Positions 60,620-64,000 of a stretch of DNA of 64,000 nucleotides are shown here, one piece after another. Position numbers and translations under genes: made by a program. The notes beneath the pieces were generated by a model. That model worked only from the letters and a program-made list of their open reading frames with translations, had not been told where the DNA came from and ran no database searches. Each line of letters starts with the position of its first letter. The stretch's first letter is position 1. This DNA is from the human T2T-CHM13v2.0 reference genome, Homo sapiens: the NCBI RefSeq assembly GCF_009914755.1, contig NC_060943.1; one strand, given 5' to 3'.

Positions 60620-61174
60620 CTAAACTAAACTAAACTAAACTAAAACCAATGACCATTGAAGGAAGGCTTACCTTGTGCCACACAATGTTTGAGCACTTTC
60701 TGTATATTAACTTATTGAATCTCTGTAATAACCCTAGAAAGTAGGTGCTTTTTCTCCCATTTCAAGGATGAAGGAACAGGGACAGGGGAAGTAATGAGCT
60801 TAAAGGAAAATAGCTTGTAGGGACTAGAACTGGGATTTGAACCCAAGAAGCCAAGATCCAGAGCTAGTCCCTTAACTACCACACTATACTGCTTACCCAA
60901 AGAAAAATGAATTACTTAAAAAAAATCAACATTAGTACCATCTCAGTCATTGCAAACCAATCTACCTGTAGCTTGCGTATAGGAGAGCAGAGGGCCAGGG
61001 CCAGGGATCTCCAGGCTGACTTAGTGCAAATGCAATGTTTTGTTACTTTTTAAAATTCCAGATTGAATGTTGGAGTGCCTTGCAGAAGAGAGAGAAAATG
61101 TTGCTAAAACTTCAGGGGAATGACTGGTCGAAAATGTTTGACATTCTTTAAACTTGACAGGCCCAGAAACAGAA

Positions 61175-62137
61175 GGGGCTGGGGACCTGGGCTCCTGGGT
61201 CTGAGGGAGGAGGGGTTGGGGCGGGGGGTCTGGACTCTTGGGTCTGAGGAAGGAGGGGCTGGGGGGGAGCCTGGACTCCTGGGTCTGAGGGAGGAGGGGT
61301 TGGGGCGGGGGGTCTGGACTCCTGGGTCTGAGGAAGGAGGGGCTGGGGGGGATCTGGACTCCTGGGCCTGAGGGAGGAGGGGCTGGGGGGAGTCTGGATT
61401 CCTGGGTCTGAGGGAGGAGGGGCTGGCGGGGGGGAGCGGTCTGAACTCCTGGGTCTGAGGGAGGAGGGGCTGGGGGGAGTCTGGACTCCTGGGTCTGAGG
61501 AAGGAGGGGCTGGGGGCGGTCTGGACTCCTGGGTCTGAGGGAGGAGGGGCTGGCGGGGGGGGGGGTCTGAACTCCTGGGTCTGAGGGAGGAGGGGCTGGG
61601 GGTAGTCTAGACTCCTGGGTCTGAGGGAGGAGGGGCTGGGGGGGAGTCTGGATTCCTGGGTCTGAGGGAGGAGGGGCTGGCAGGGGGGTCTGAACTCCTG
61701 GGTCTGAGGGAGGAGGGGCTGGAGGGAGTCTGGATTTCTGGGTCTGAGGGAGGAGGGGCTGGTGGGGGGGTTCTGAACTCCTGGGTCTGAGGGAGGAGGG
61801 GCTGGGGGGAGTCTGGATTCCTGGGTCTGAGGGAGGAGGGGCTCGTGGGGGCAGGCCTGCACTCCTGGGTCTGAGGGAGGAGGGGCTGGGGCTGGTCTGG
61901 ACTCCTGGGTCTGAGGGAGGAGGGGCTGGGGGGAGTCTGGATTCCTGGGTCTGAGGGAGGAGGGGCTGGGGTTCTGGACTCCTGGGTCTGAGGGAGGAGG
62001 GGCTGGGGGGAGTCTGGATTCCTGGGTCTGAGGGAGGAGGGGCTGGGGGGTCTAGATTCCTGGGTCTGAGGGAGGAGGGGCTGGGGGGTCTGGACTCCTG
62101 GGTCTGAGGGAGGAGGGGCTGGGGGCCTGGACTCCTG
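61175..62137. repeat. MSR1-type minisatellite (~37-47 bp, ~23 copies) between KLK6 and KLK7
   Basis: Same core tctggactcctgggtctgagggaggaggggctgggg with a variable G-run. Confidence 0.92.
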
Positions 62138-62893
62138 CGTTTTCTGTGTTAGCCTCCTATATGGGAGAATCAGAATTAGCGGCTGCAGAATTTCTGCAAT
62201 ATGACAGGGCTGTGGTGCCTGGGTTAGGAGAGACTCAGAGGGAGATGAGATAAGGAGGGGAAGGATCTGGAGGATCTTGGTGGGGAGGGAATTCTGGGAG
62301 AAAAACAGGAAGAACAGGTAGGAGGGCGTGTCCTGGGCTGGAGTGGCTCCTCGGTCAGCAGCGTCTGAGGTGTGACCACACAGAGGATCTTTGATGTTAG
62401 ATGGCTGGGGCTGTGGCCAGGCTCTGAGTCACAGAGGACTCCTCCCTCATCCTACCCGCTTCCCGAGGTTCCTTTCCCTCCCTTCTTGGGGAGCAGGTGC
62501 CACCATCTTCCTCCGGCACTGTTTGCTTACTTCTGGCAGACCCCTGTGGGACCCCTGTGTCCTGTCTACTGTCATCCCAATCCCTCTGAAAACCGCCAGC
62601 CTCCCTCCTCACTTGTCACTCGTGAGATGCTCAGAAACACTTTCACACCCCTTCCCACGCTGATGAAGTTGGCCTGTTCTCTCCTCCCTCCTCCCTTCCT
62701 TCTTCCTCTCTCCATCCTTTCCTCTCTCTCCCATTTTACAGACAGGAAAAACTGAGATCTGGGAAATGGAAATATGCCCTGGAACAGGGCCGGCAGGACC
62801 AGGGCTCAAAACCAGGCACATATTTCTTTCTAGTCTCCCTTCCTGAAAGGTCACCTCTCTCCAATCTTAGATCTTCAGACTTTTTTCCCCACC

Positions 62894-62899
62894 TTTATT
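62894..62899 (-). terminator. KLK7: KLK7 distal poly(A) signal AATAAA
   Basis: tttatt on +, ~1 kb after the stop. Confidence 0.65.
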
Positions 62900-63136
62900 T
62901 TTCATGTTATAAAAGTGCACATTCAAGGAAAAGTACACAGAAGGAAGGAGACACCTCATGACGACCCCAGTATGCAGTCTGGGACATGTGTTTTCAGATC
63001 TGATTCTGTGAATATTTCATTTTTTATGGGTAGGGTCACATACATATATATTTTTGTCCTTCCTTTTGTCATTTAACATCCTATAGCCTAAATGTTCTTG
63101 AATAATACTGACAATTCTGTCTAAGTATCATTTTTA

Positions 63137-63478
<342 letters not shown>

Positions 63479-63756
63479 TTAAGCCATCTGGTACTTTTGG
63501 AACATGTTTGATGGTTTCACTTCATTTCTGTGATAAATAATATCATGGTAAATTCAAGTCTTGTTCTACATTTTGGATTTTTTTTGTTTCAGTAGGTTCT
63601 TCCTAAGATTAGAGTTACTGGGTCAAAGGTGGTGAATAAGGGTCTCGGTGTACGTTGACCAAGTGTCTTCCGTAAAGACTGTACGAACGTCCAGTTCCAG
63701 TGTTTGAGAGTGCTGGTCTCACTGACTCTTCTCCAGCACTGAGGGTTTTGTGTTTC

Positions 63757-63762
63757 TTTATT
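63757..63762 (-). terminator. KLK7: KLK7 proximal poly(A) signal AATAAA
   Basis: tttatt on +, ~170 nt after the stop. Confidence 0.7.
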
Positions 63763-63930
63763 TGTTTTGGTTTTAGGTCTTTACCAATTTGATTGGTTTA
63801 TCAACAGGGCATGAGGTTTAAATATATCTTTGAGGAAAGGTAAAGTCAAATTTGACTTCATAGGTCATCGGCGTCCTCACTCCTGTGCATTTTCTGTTGG
63901 AAGCACACAGTTAATTAACTCAGTGTGGCG

Positions 63931-64000
63931 TTAGCGATGCTTTTTCATGGTGTCATTTATCCACTTGGTGAACTTGCACACTTGAGTGTAGACTCCTGGG
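63931..64000 (-). CDS. KLK7: Kallikrein-related peptidase 7, C-terminal part of the last exon (truncated by the window edge)
   Basis: PGVYTQVCKFTKWINDTMKKHR then TAA at 63933-63931; gene order KLK5-KLK6-KLK7. Confidence 0.95.
   Translation of the reverse strand, partial: PGVYTQVCKFTKWINDTMKKHR

Noticed and set aside
61104-61862. 252-aa proline-rich ORF (also 55021-55845)
   Set aside because: Translation of MSR1-type minisatellite units.

Overview
Human (primate) genomic DNA from the tissue-kallikrein cluster. I recognise it from the protein sequences as 19q13.4. All protein-coding genes are on the minus strand: complete KLK5 (5 coding exons, 293 aa), complete KLK6 (5 coding exons plus 2 non-coding, 244 aa) and the 3' end of KLK7. 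The first ~29 kb is the KLK4-KLK5 intergenic interval. It holds a ~74-bp VNTR, a processed PPIA (cyclophilin A) pseudogene, solo LTRs and dense Alu/MIR/L1/L2 repeats. Nearly all other ORFs in the track are Alu or simple-repeat artefacts. I see no wholly new gene system. The best leads are regulatory or structural: a divergent pair of CTCF motifs between KLK4 and KLK5, a candidate distal non-coding first exon on the KLK4 strand, a PPIA retrocopy with an uninterrupted frame and ACG start, an intronic CCAAT-box array and ~0.95-kb polypurine tract in KLK6, two MSR1-type minisatellites, a young AluYa5 upstream of KLK5, an old direct repeat bracketing the last KLK5 exon, an overlapping uORF in KLK5, repeat-derived distal poly(A) signals, and an apparent KLK6 T234M substitution. 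Repeat boundaries and subfamily names are by eye and approximate.
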